In this document: positions 43,693 to 57,850 of the stretch, piece after piece | Layout: every line of letters starts with the position of its first letter | Numbering within the stretch: the first letter of the stretch is position 1 | Assembly: GCF_009914755.1 (NCBI RefSeq) | Contig: NC_060928.1 | Length of the DNA: 64,000 bases | Origin: the human T2T-CHM13v2.0 reference genome, Homo sapiens | Reading direction: 5' to 3' (one strand) | Made by a program: the position numbers and the translations under genes | The notes under the pieces: generated by a model | Database searches by the model: none | Told to the model about the DNA's origin: nothing | Seen by the model: only the letters and a program-made list of their open reading frames with translations

Positions 43693-45617
43693 CCTTAAAA
43701 AAAATTCTAACTATGGAAAAAAAACATAAAAATCTGTTCTTGTGTAGTTATATAAAGTGTCACATGGGCTCTGGAGTAAAGAATCTTTAGAAGAAATTTC
43801 TCACAGAACTAATCACAGGTAAATACATGACCAAAGAGAGATGCAAACCATTCCATTCATTAATCCAAAATAATAAATGAAAAATAACCCGATGGAAATA
43901 TAGCAACTATGCAAATTGTCCTAAATAAGACATTAAGAAAATTTTAAATAATAATAATAATAATAGAATCAGGTTTAGTGCTAGAAATATTACGCCTCAT
44001 GGTTTATTGAGATGATAAATGCAAACTATTGAATACAAGGATTAGACTTCAGTAGGAACTTCTCCCGGTAACATATAGCACAAATGAAAAGGACAGTGGA
44101 AGTGGGAAATACAAAATATTTAAAAAATGTTTTAAAATGAATACAGCCCATTCCTTCATAAACTAGTATATATTTAATTGCCTCTAGAAATTGAATATAA
44201 AATATAGCAAAATATCTTTTTATAATTTTACTTAGAAATTATATCCACAATTGATTCAAGAAAATTTTACATTGCTAGAAAAGAGAAAAATTTTACAAAT
44301 TATGCTGTTAGTAAATAAGTTTGGTATAGTAGTAAACATCCTTATCTTCAAGAAAAAAGGGTTATTGAGAGTTTTGTAGGTTATGAAATTATAGGTTGAA
44401 ATAATGTAAAAAAATGAATAGCTGATGTGAAATTTACATATAGGGAAAATGTGGTTTAATGTACAATAAGGAGTCATTTTTCTTTTTTGAGCTGTCAGGT
44501 GTATTGGAAATCAACTAGCTCAGCTAACATCACTTTAGAGATGAAGCAACTGGAGATTATAAAAATCAGTGGCAAGATTGGGATGCAGTCCTTTTGACTT
44601 TTATTTTTGCTGCACAAGCTGCCGTGAAATTTGACAACCATTTTGTATTGCTTCTATTTGGTGGAATCCCTTAATTCCTAATACAACAATTTAATTACAG
44701 TTATTTCTTTATCAGTATTTTTCCAGCTAATTCAATTTAAACTTTATTAATGAAAGTTTATCCACTTAGGTAGATAAATATTAAAATAAAATAAATATGT
44801 GACCTAATTACTGCATTATCTCTCTTTTTACAAGTAAATAAAATGTTTATCCATAGCATTTCCTCTGATTGAATTCCATGGTGTCATTTCTCATGTTTAA
44901 ATTACTCAAGCTTGTTATTGCCATTTTTTAATACATTATGTTATATAAGGCATAAAATATTCAAAGAAGAACCTAAACTACAAAATTAAAAAGTAGGTAA
45001 TAGAACATGACTGATTGATGTAGCAGAGTAAAGTATATTTTCACATATTTATATTTATTTTAAAAATAAAATTTTCAATTAACGAATAGGCTCAGTTTAT
45101 TAGTAGACAGACACGGAAAGTCAAAAGGCAAAATTCTTAGCCTCTTTTTCATAGTATTAACTTAAAATGAGAAAATAAAAAGGCTGAATACTATTTAAAG
45201 ACATTAATGTAATATTATCAGTCATACTGAAAATTACTAAGGGGAAGAAATAACAGAAAGATGCTTTGGCCATCGAAGGCTATCTCTTTATCTTATCCTG
45301 GGTGAAATTGCATGCATGATTTCATTTGCTATCAAGCTTTAAAACTTTAAGTAGCTTTTCAGTGCCAAAATTTCAAAATACTGTGTGTATGGTGAGTCAT
45401 TTGATGCAATATATTTACAAATGTATTCTTCAATGAAGTCATACGTTAATCATACAAAGTTCTTCAGAACTGAATGGGAAAACATAAGGACCGATTTGTC
45501 TGTATGATGTTCTCATATTCGATATTCTTGATTTTTTGAAATATTAGGACTTTAGATTCTATGAAGCCATTAGATTTCCACAATTGCCTAATTATTGAGT
45601 GTTCTCTTCACTGTAGG

Positions 45618-45640
45618 GTGTGTGTGTGTGTGTGTGTGTG
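45618..45640. repeat. (GT)n microsatellite
   Basis: About 11 GT units. Confidence 0.95.
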
Positions 45641-46539
45641 TTGTGTCTGTGTATAAGTGCATGTGTTAAGTCAACTACTAAGTTAAAGCTATTTCCACTA
45701 CCAGCATTCCATTCCACTTGGTTTAAATTTATTTCATACCAAAAAAGAAGAAATGCTATGAAAATTCAGAGTGATAAAATGACTAGTCTACCACATAGTG
45801 CAGTTATGTGTTGGCCTTTCAAATTTCCTCTCAGACATGACAGTTTTTAACTCAAGGGAGATATAAAATATCATAATTACCATGTAGCAAGGTAAAACAT
45901 ATTCTGCACTTCGCCAAAGCATGCCTTTAATTCAGTTAGGAGTATACATATTCAAAAATAAAATTTGCACATATAATGAAAGGGGCAATATTGTTGTGAT
46001 CTAGGTGAAAAGGGACTAATGAAATTTGTTTATGAAAATGATGGTCAACTTTTTAAAGAAGCAATTAGTCAGGACTCCTGTCTATCCAAGGTACAATGTC
46101 TATTTTGTGTTCAAAAGCCATAATTATTTCAAAACTAGGCATTGGAGGAAACCAGATAATTAGTCTAGTACAGCTGGTGTAAAACACTACTGGCAGAAAC
46201 ACTGATATCATTAAAAATTTGGCAAAGTATCTTATAAGCAATACTCCTGGGAAAATGAAACAAATTAAGCACCTAAGTATTTTTTTTAGAAACTAAGAAA
46301 GTGTTTATAAAGGACTTCCGATTTTGCTGCTATATTAAAAAGGCCTTGGCAACATAAAAAGTAATCCAACGTTACTTGTTTTGCTCATTTGTTAATAAAA
46401 ATTATCTTACATTTAGTTTGTTCGGAATTGCACTGTTTTATTCTTTCAAAATATTTTTCTTTGAACTTTTTTTCTGAGTTTTTGTTAGTTTTGTTTATAT
46501 TCTTTGTAATCTGCATGCTTATTTTCAAATTTCAATTTT

Positions 46540-47760
46540 ATTTCTTTAAAAATAACTTACTATAAAATATGTCTACTAAAGATGGTGTAAAATACATTTA
46601 TAGTTTAAAGAATAACAATAAAATAAATACTTGTGTACACACTAACTTAAAAACTAGAATGTTAATGAAGATTTAAGGTCCTCTGTGTGCCTTGATTACA
46701 TCTCCTTCTCTCCACCCTAGAATAACAGTGATCCTGATTTTTGTGATTTATTTTTGGCTTTATTTTTGTGATTTATTTTTGGCTTTAGTCTATATATAGA
46801 TGGCTACAAATACATATTGTTTTGTTTTGCCTGTTTTTAATACCAATAGTGTTGTTCAGTTTTATAATTTTCAGCAAATCAAATTTATCTACATCATATT
46901 TTTCTGTAATTTGTAGAATATTGTCTGTTAAATTCCATCTACTTGATATTCCATGTGTGCTGAAAACTGTAGCTGTGGATAACACATTTTTCAGTGCTGT
47001 AGCATGTTCAGTTGCAAAAATATCCCCATAGTCTATTTATTCCTCATATTTATTCCTCATTTGTGATTTACTCATTTCTCGATAAAGGGATACTAATATT
47101 TTTGGTGGTCCAAAAGAAGATATTTGGATTTGTTTTATTTTTCTCGTTTTGTTTCTTTAGGGTTATTCTGTTATAATTGCAATAACTTCTTAAAATGAAA
47201 GCCTAGCTAATTAATTTTAGATGTTTCTATATTCTAAATACTTATATAAATACATGCACACATATATACAAATGCACACACAAACAAACATACATACATA
47301 TGTCTCTGAGTGTGTGTTCAATTGCATTTTATCTCCAAACCCCAAATTTCACATTTAGTATTTGTTGTGGTTATTATTTTTCCAAATATTTTCTAAGTCT
47401 CACTATGCTTTATTGAATGACATATAACATATATTTAGTAAGGTTTTCATTTCTCAAATATATTGTTTTTGGGGAGAATGGGTTGTTTGTTTTTACTGAT
47501 TTACAACTTATTTTATTGTGGTCAGCTGGTGAAAAGTTCATAACAGACCTTTCTCTTTTGTTAAGGCTTAATCAAAGACTTAGCAGTTCTTGGCTATTTT
47601 TTCAGGTTCTTAATTTATTTTTATTGTGGTAAAGTACACGTAACATAAAATTTACCATTTTAACAATTCTTAAGAGTACAGTTTGGTGGCTCAAGTACAT
47701 TTACATTGCTGTGCAACTATTACCGTGGTTAATTTTTTTATGTTTCTTATCCTCACAACT
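46540..47760 (-). mobile_element. Mosaic of old L1 fragments (L1ME-type; L1MB-type 3' end at about 47615-47725)
   Basis: ttttattgtggtaaagtacacgtaacataaaatttaccattttaacaattcttaagagtacagtt; degenerate L1M text upstream. Confidence 0.6.
46737..46786. repeat. Perfect 25-bp tandem duplication
   Basis: atttttgtgatttatttttggcttt x2. Confidence 0.92.
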
Positions 47761-47804
47761 GCTATCTACATTGTAAAATGTGTCCCTGAGAACATCCTGG
47801 CTAA

Positions 47805-48158
<354 letters not shown>

Positions 48159-49024
48159 TAGTTGATCTATCAATTACTAAAAGAAATGTATTAAATTGTG
48201 CAAAATTTGTTAATCTCTCCATATACTTCTGTTAATTTTTGCTTTATAAAAGTCATGACTATATTTATCACAGAAACCGTCCCTGATATTTGTCTGGGGC
48301 AGAAGTAGAGGGCTGTATACTATACCTAAATATTAAAATGCATAAATGTAACAAATAAGCTCTTATACAAAATATTTTCTATCCTTCTCCCTTGACAGAT
48401 TATTACATTCTTAATGACCTGGAAAGGCAGAGAAACTTTTAAAATTCTTGGATTTCATGAAGTTTCTTTCTGGGAAGAGGGCCTATGAAGAGGGTCAGAT
48501 CAGACCGTGAAATCTGGTCTCTGTCCCCTTTCTCTTTCTTTTCACCATCAGCTCCACGTCACACTGGCTGTTCACTCACGTAGACAGCACAGCTTTGGCT
48601 GCATTCCACACCTGCTTCCATCATAGTGAGTCCTCCAGAAGACTGAATTAATAGAGAGGCCACTTGGCCTTGGAATATGACCTAGAGAAGACATAACCAG
48701 TAGGTGGTTGTGAGTATGGACATGAACTACATTTAAGGGGAACCTGTTGGCCCAGTGGACTCTGTTCACCTAATAGAGTAAAGGTCATTGTAGAGGAGAG
48801 ACAAGTCCTCCAACGCACATGCCTGAGGCTTGCTTCCCTTCTTCAGTCAGTCTAAGCATATTACTGATTTGGGGTATTATACAAGTTCAGAAATGCATAT
48901 CATCTTGATAAGTCAAACATCTGAATTTTATAGTGAAAACTGTATTCCATGTAATAGTTTTGCCTTTATTTATATTGCCTGTCATAGTTAAAGCTATATA
49001 AAGATTTATTAAAAATTAAACATT

Positions 49025-49332
<308 letters not shown>

Positions 49333-49719
49333 AAAAATTAAACATTACTCTATATATCTTTTCTCACCCTTCTGTATCCTTATGCCTTAGATGTTTCTTA
49401 TGCAAATAGGATTTTATTAGACGTTTTTTGTAATATAGCTAGACAATTTTGCCCATTTACATTTATTATGATTATGGTTATTTGTAGATTTAAATCTAAT
49501 AATGTATTATGGAATCATATTTGTCACTACACTCTTTTATAAAATTTTTCTTCTTTCTTATTTGACTTCTTTTGGATTAATGGATTTTTAAATTGTTTTC
49601 ATTTATCCCTTCTTGTGTGTACATTTTATAGTTTATATGTATTCTTTTTGTGTTCACAGTTTTGGAACACATTAAATAAAGTCTAATGTTATTCAAACTC
49701 TTTACCTGCTCGTGGGGGA

Positions 49720-50480
49720 TCCCAGGTCAATTGAGGTCTGTTCCCAGGAGGATTATGGCTGCCTCTGCTGTGTCATGCAGGTTGCCAGGGAAGTGGGGGA
49801 AAATCAGCAGTTACAGGCCTCTCCCAGCTCCCATGCAACCCAAAAGGTCGGTCTCACTTCCACAGTGACCCCCAACAGCACCGAGTTTGTCGCCAAGCAG
49901 TGGGCGAGCAGGGCTGAGAACTTGCTCCGGGGCTACCAGCCTCCTGGCTGAGAAAGCAAGCAGGGTTTCCAGGTTTCATATCTCCCTGCCTGCCTGCGTC
50001 TGCGCTCCAGATTCACCCGCTCCCCTGAGTTCTGTCCAGAAAACTTTGCATTCAGTTGGAATGTTACGAAGTTCAGCTAAAGGTTGCTTTCTCCCTGTGG
50101 CCTTTTCCCAGTTCCTCTGGCAGCCCTCCCCAAGGACCCCTGTAAGACAAAGTCAGAAATGGCTTCCCTAGGGATCCAGAGAGCCCACAGTGCTCTTCCC
50201 ACTGGTTCCTCTACCACTGTATTTAGCTCGGCTCTCTAAATTATCTCAGCTTCAGGTAAGGTCAAATCCTTCTCCTGTGATCTGAACCTTCAGGTTCCCC
50301 ATTGAAGGTGTGTGTTCAGGGGCAGACGATCCCCCTTTCCCACTTTCACACCTTGGGCACTCGCAGTATTTGGGCTGTCTCTTGAGTTCCGCAGGAGCAA
50401 TCTGCTTCCTTCAAAGGGTCTGTGGCTTCTCTAGGCTTTCCTGGTATGTTCCTGCAGCAGTTCTTGAAGCAAAAGTTCTT
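49720..50480 (-). mobile_element. L1PB-type 5' UTR fragment
   Basis: cccaggaggattatggctgcctctgctgtgtcatgcaggttgccagggaagtggggg...tcctgcagcagttcttgaagcaaaagttc resembles the recalled L1PBa 5' end. Confidence 0.75.
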
Positions 50481-50499
50481 GACCAACTAATTTTTGAAC

Positions 50500-50800
50500 T
50501 CTAATATGAGCTTGGATCTTTTATAAATGATGAGGAATCAGCACTAAACAAACAAAACAATAATACCTGTTATTTTTATATTTATATCCCACTAAGGGGA
50601 GACAAAAAAAAGTAAATAAGTAAATTGTATCTTAGTTTATAAGTGTGAGCTAGAAAAGCGTAAAAGAAAAAGAGAATGAGTGGGTAGTGGACTACTATTG
50701 TACATGTGATGCTCATGGCAGATTGCACCAGGAAGCTGACATTGAAACAGTGCTGAAAGACGGGAGCCAGTGACGGGGAGAGATGGCAAGAGACATTCTG
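50500..50800 (+). mobile_element. L2 fragment
   Basis: taagggggagacaaaaaaaagtaaataag...ggaagctgacattgaaacagtgctgaaagacgggagccag. Confidence 0.45.
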
Positions 50801-50831
50801 AGAAAAAGCAGGAAGAAAATCTCTCTAGCTA

Positions 50832-50887
50832 TTAGGTTGGTCCAAAAGTATTTGCAGTTCTTGCCATTAAAAGTAATATAATTACTT
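50832..50887. mobile_element. MADE1 (Hsmar1-derived MITE), partial
   Basis: ta|ttaggttggtccaaaagtatttgcagttcttgccattaaaagtaat is the left TIR plus spacer; the right arm is mostly deleted (aattactt remains). Confidence 0.85.
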
Positions 50888-52796
50888 CCCTGCAGAAGAA
50901 AGAACAGGGGAAACCCAGTGCTTAGGGATAGGAGGGGCAGGTCTGTACCAGCTCCAAAGCTGTGACCTTAGAGCTCTGCCATGAAGAGTCTGCAGCTTTA
51001 GCCATCCAGTATGAATGTATCCTCTGAGGACAGGTAGGCTGAGGTAGAGGTATGTCCCACCGCAGAAGCTCAGAAACAAATGGCAGAGTTTTAAAAATGA
51101 AACTGTGTATTTTGTTAATAGGCCAGGTACTGTTAGCCCAGTGTCTTCACTATCCTGTTGGTATCTCATAAAACAACTGATGATGCAGAATGTTGGTGGC
51201 TCCATAAGACTATGTACGTGGTGGGGGGATTCAGGCTGCAGTGGCGGGCGTCGTGGCTGCTATGCATAATACAGCATGAGGGCAAAGAGCAGCTGAGCAC
51301 ATCTCAGCTCGAGTTCCTCTGCAGATGCAGACAATGATGAGCCTACACTTGTGGGCAATGGGCAAGGGATTGACGTTGTCACTGTTCACAAGATCACAAG
51401 AGCACCAAGAGGATGAAGGCTCTGTGCTCTGCCTCCAGTCAGTTAAATCTGAGTAGAAGAGGAGGCAGATTTTTTTTTTAAATAAAGATAAGTGTGTGGA
51501 ATGATCAAATTATAGAAGAAATGGAGTGGACTGCTGAAATTACCCATTTTTACATAGATGTGCATGAAGATTAATTGCATCACTCAAATGATTACTTCAG
51601 GGGAGATTTCTGAAAGTCAAGATCTCAAAATCTGGCATTAAACCATACATGTAATAATGGCCAAATTTTAGCAGGGAGCAGTAAACAGTAAAAGCATTCA
51701 GATCGCTTCGTGAAATAATATATGGCCAACACCAAAATGGAAAACTAGATATAGTATGTTCAAAGTAATCATCCCTTCTTTTTCTTATTCTAATGGCCAC
51801 TGTGAGGATGATGGTCACTGAACAGATTTTAAGCATTAGACACTGGAGGAAATGTTCAACCTGGATGATCATAGGAAGGTCACTTTAATTTTAATTTTTT
51901 TAGTGAGAGTAGTAATATAATGTTTCATTGATCTTGCTTCCGAATTTCTGGACAAAGATGAAGGGATAGAAAATACCAATATCCTATTCCAGGGAAATTT
52001 GTGTTAGATGTTATGGATTAGTATATGACAGTTACTTTTTAATAGGCTTTCCGGAGTACATAAGGCACAGGAAAAATAAAATGGGTGATGCGACAAGCCT
52101 GGGATTTACATGTTAAACTTGCTGCAAGGTACAGTTTATCTCGTAACAACCTCAATTCTCAATTACCCCAGGGGACCAGATTTCAGTTGGCCATCCCAAG
52201 TTTGGAACTAATAATAGTGAATAGTGTTACACAGCACAATCCATTGTAACCCCAAGGACCATTACCTCATTCTTAATTTGAATCTACTTGTATTGACAAG
52301 TTTAAATTAAAAATTATCCTTTTAGCAACACTTTTTTTAAACCAATTTTGAACTTAATATTTCTTAAGTTTATAATTGTTTCTTCTTGATTTTCTTGGTA
52401 GATCATGTCTTCTCTCTTCTGACTCTCCTGATTTTATTTTGTTTTTCTTGGATGTAGGAAGGATTAGTTTGACTCTGTTTCTGTCATATTTGATATTATT
52501 TTATCTAACCCATCTCTCTTGACTCATTCAATGCTCAACATACTTCCTTCATTTCTCACACTGTCATTGTACTTTTTGTCATTACGCCAACAATAAAATT
52601 CAATTCAGTAGTAAGCAAGTTTTACAGAATGTGGGTGGTGATTACCCTGTAGAATATACTAAAGCTCTCATTATTAATATGCATAAGTTCTGTTTTATGT
52701 AAAATTTCATATATTATTATAGGAAAGTGCATTTTGGCATGAAAAATGAAAGGATTTATTTATTGTGTTTACTGATTTTTCATGTATTTTATTTTA

Positions 52797-53149
<353 letters not shown>

Positions 53150-53375
53150 TTATTAAAGTAACAACACTACAATTTTTCTAGTCTATTTCTTGAAAGAAAA
53201 AAAGCCTCAAGTTATAATAGTAAAGCTGACCCCTACAAATAAAGATTCACAACAGATTAATTTTAATATTAGTTATGATAAATCATGACAAATTATACTT
53301 TCTCCATTGTTTGAGATAGCACAGTTCCACTTTTTACAGTTAGCGATATTATGCGGCAACACGCACAAAGCATAA

Positions 53376-53673
<298 letters not shown>

Positions 53674-54261
53674 TAAAGCAAAATTTTTATATATGTACAT
53701 TTACAGATACACACATATACATATATACACACACATAAACACATATTTTAAAGAATACAGAAAAACGTTACTGAATGTTCTGTATTTGTACTGAACATCA
53801 TTAGAACATAAAAATCAATATCCCTGTGACATGCATTTTTATCAAGAGCTCTATTAGTAAAAATTTATCTTGAAAATTATCAGACAGTGAAAATAGTTTC
53901 TTTAGTCCTAAAAATCTTTCTCATAATTATTTTTAAAGTATTTTAATTTTAAAAATCACATTTGGTTAAAAACCATGATGATCTCAGAATTATACATTTA
54001 TAAATTAACAAAAAGGAAATGTGTGTATGTTCATTAGAAATATGAATAATCTGGTTCTTCATGGTAGAACTAAACATGTATATCTCTATATACATTGATA
54101 ATATTTAATATAATAGACTAGAAAAAATGTGAAGGCAATTTATTTCCTGTTCTGTGATATAATAACTCATGAAGACATGTATTTAGGTTAAAATAGAGGC
54201 ATTTTTAATTCAGGCAGAAATGAAGTACCATTTTGATTATGAAATGCTGAACACTCCAAAA

Positions 54262-54424
54262 GGAACCATCTAGGAACTAGAAAGCGGGTCTTCAACCAAC
54301 ACCAAACCTGCTGTATCTTGACATTGGACTTTCCAGATTTCAGTACTGTGAGAAATAAATTTCTCTTGTTGATAGGCTTATCATGTTATGGTATTTTGTT
54401 ACAGCAGTCCAAACAAACTAAGAT
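54262..54424 (+). mobile_element. MaLR LTR 3' part (MLT1/MST-like)
   Basis: cttgacattggactttccag...ctgtgagaaataaatttctcttgtt...tatggtattttgttacagcag...actaaga. Confidence 0.8.
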
Positions 54425-56447
54425 TCAACCTTATTCAAAAGCTTGCTGATATAATTGGGTAACTCTTTGGAAAAATGTTTAAATATTTTTGCCCCTTACT
54501 GCCCATCAAAATAAATCATGAGTGCAATTAGTAGTATTTTAATGTAATGCAGGAGATATGGGTCCAACAGTAATTTTGAACACATGTTGTACCAGTCATC
54601 TGTAAATATGTATTGACTAACCTATATTCCTTTGTTTATTGGACATTCCATATTTTTTATTCAGTTTAAAATATGCTTGGAATTTTTAGGTATTATTAAG
54701 GGTACCAGATTATTATTTTATTTGAAATATATCATAGGTATGGTTTTTGTTATATGAATAAAACTATCTCTACTAAGAGAGATAAAGGAAAAAGAGGCAA
54801 AAGCTCAAAAGGAAAGAGACTAAAAAGAAGAGCAAAAGAGACAGCGGTGTCAAGACATCCTGACATCCTACTTCATAGGTCCAGTTATTTTTGCAATAGA
54901 GGTATATTTCTGTCTTTTGAGTATTATGAGATACCAGTGTCAAGTTAATAAATTCTCCTGTTCTGCCTAAATTTGTTTGAATTGAGCTTTTTATTATAAC
55001 CAAATACGTGCTACGTGATATAAATCCTAACATGGCATTTTAATGCCATGAGGCGCATAAGATGCCTGGACAAGTACTACATTTCCTAAAGCATAATAAG
55101 TGAATACATTCTCCGTATGTGTTCATCAGTTTAAAAACTGCCATTTAAATGCCTTTGCTTAAATAGGAGATTTTTATATAATTAAAATTATATTTAACAT
55201 TTCAAAGACTTGTTTTATTTCTTAAAAAATTACCTCAAATAGAAAATTCATGCTTAGGATATGAATTATAAATGATATCATGCACCTTGTACTTCAGATT
55301 ACAGACAGATATTTAAGGCAAGAATACTTTTCTTGTAACAATTTTCTTGTTTGCTAGGAGCAAATGGACAACACTTCAAGTGTAAAACTAAATCTATTAA
55401 TATACACAGTGATTTCCAAATGAACTCAGATGATTTTTAGTATCTTTAATTAGACAGAAAACAAATAGAAGTCAATAATTATAATTTCACTTCTTAAAAC
55501 TTCTTTTTCAACAACTACACGCTACACAAAGTTATCAGTATTTACTAGTAAGTATTGAGTATTAAAAATCTGACTATGTGTTGAAAATACTATATTAAAA
55601 TCAGTAACCACTGTTGAAGTGTTTTGGCTGGGGAAAATTTTAGCTAAATTTCTCATGTTTAAGTGTTTAAGGTAACACAATATAATTTTGTCCTTGCATT
55701 CAAGTGTTGATAATTAGACACTATAAACATTGGGAAGCATTTCCTAAAAATAATGGGCTAATCTATAATGTTTACTGTGAGGTTTTTGGACAAACAAATA
55801 CAATAAATAGAATTATTGCCTTGTATAAGCAAAGAAGTAGCAGATAGTCTATAAAAATTTGATGTTTAAAAATGAAGTATTAATAATTGACAATAACATT
55901 TTTTATTAAATCAATTACAACTGATAAATTTTGAAAGATTACATTTTGTCATTATCAATCAGCAGAACATTAAAAAAAAACTTGTTATTGCGTGTAAGCT
56001 GTTTTATTTCACTTGTACTATATAAAGGAGTAAATTGTAAAAAAAAAAAAAAAGTTAACCAAAACTGTGATATTTTCAGTGTAATACTCTTTAAAAATTT
56101 AGAATAGTAATATGTACTTCTTAGTGAACTTTGGATCCTTCACCATGAACTGCAGAGGTTAAGTCATGATTCCTGACAAGCAGGTTCCAATCATCTTTCA
56201 ACTGGAGGAGTACCAATTGTGTGTTTACATAGTGTGACTCCCCATATTATTTCAGTAGGATTCTCCTTCCTGACCACCACAACTCACCTACACACATAGT
56301 TGAAAAACACACTGTTTTAGGCTTGAGGTTAGATAATTTGAGTAACAAAAGATGGCATGTGCTCTGAAACCAGATTGTCTTATTTAAACTTAAGCTCAAC
56401 CAATTAGCTACTTCTTAGTAATATGTTTCTTAGAATATTAGCCATCT

Positions 56448-56993
56448 TGTAACTGAAGCCAGGTTTGGCCACTCAATGCTTGAAATCCAAACATGAGAGA
56501 GAAGGGTTGGTGGGAGAAAAAGCAGGTTTATTCTGAGAGCCAAGCAAATGGAGATGATGGTGGACTATAGTTGCAAAAAGTTTAAGTTTAAAATTTTACC
56601 ATAGAGTTTTTAAAGGGAAACTTGGTATGGAAAACATGAAGGAGTAGTGCAGAGTCCAAGATCTGTGTCTCTTTGTTCCAATGGCTATCTTGGGTAATCA
56701 GCCGTCCACAGGTTTGGTTGGTGTTTTCTTGAATTCTCAGGATAGTTCTGAACTAGCTGTTTGCAACTCTCTCAAACAAATGGGCAAAGATTGGCCAATC
56801 AGAGCTCCATGCCTACTTTGTTCAAGATTAGCCTTTGGAATGTCTTAAGCAAAACCATAATTGGATAGGCATACATTGCCAGAGGGGAGTGTCTAGAGAG
56901 GGAAGGAATGAAAGAGTGAGAGGGAAAAAGGAAGGGGGAGAAAAGAGAACGTGTGATTAAAGTATATTTTTAAAACCAAGGTCTATAGTTACA
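56448..56993 (-). mobile_element. ERV1 solo LTR (MER31-like) inserted in a MIR
   Basis: Termini tgtaac...gttaca; near-TSD atct/atca; gggttggtgggagaaaaagcaggtttatt; MIR-like sequence on both sides. Confidence 0.7.
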
Positions 56994-57559
56994 ATCAAAT
57001 AATGTGAATACTTATTCTGCAACCAAGTGACTCTTCTATTTATTTATCCATAATAAGTAGGTATGTCTTTTGAAGGACCTTATAATTAAATAATGATTGT
57101 TTCATTAAATAAATGTTTTTTATATTACAAATATAGAAGTGAGGTTGATAATTCTAAGGTCATTTCTGATAATTGTATACATTTAAGTATTTTTTTTATC
57201 ATCTAAGTCTTCATCTTGTGTATCCTTTAAAAGTTTATATTTTTCATGATATAATATGGGAATCCCTTGAATTATGACATTTCAATTAGAAAACAAGTTT
57301 TGTCAAATTTATATGTGTTAAATTTGCTTCTTTTCATATCTACTAATTTAAAAAGCCCAATGTTTATATTAGATATTTCAGGAAGTGGCATACCTACAGA
57401 TATTTGTCAATTACCATGATATTTATTTCTTGTTATTAATGTACCCTCCTCTGAAATATTTATGGAATTCTGTGCATGTTTTTGGCCTTCTTTCCTGTAT
57501 TTATTCTTTCTCTATTGCCTGGAAATGATTGTTCTCATCCATTTCTTTTTATATTTGTA

Positions 57560-57850
57560 CTTACCAATCATCGATTAAGATTCAAATCAAATGTAAACTC
57601 CTGTAAGTATTTTCCTGACTTTCATTCCTTTTCCCTTGTTATCCCCTTATTTAGGCATGCTCTTCATGGCTTCATTATTACCATAATTGGTTAATCATGT
57701 TGTATTGTATTAACTACCTATGTTCCTCTATTTCTCAAGAGACGGCAAGTTCTTTGAGGGCAGAAGCTGTGTTATTTATCATTTTTCCTGGAATCACAAT
57801 GATTATTCCATAGTAGGTCCTTAACAAATATTTGTAGAATGAATGAGTGA
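57560..57850 (-). mobile_element. L2 3' end
   Basis: aagttctttgagggcagaagctgtgttatttatc...catagtaggtccttaacaaatatttgtagaatgaatgagtgaa (typical L2 terminus; orientation convention uncertain). Confidence 0.7.

Noticed and set aside
50832-50887. miR-548-type microRNA hairpin from MADE1
   Set aside because: The right arm of the palindrome is mostly deleted, so a long stem cannot form.
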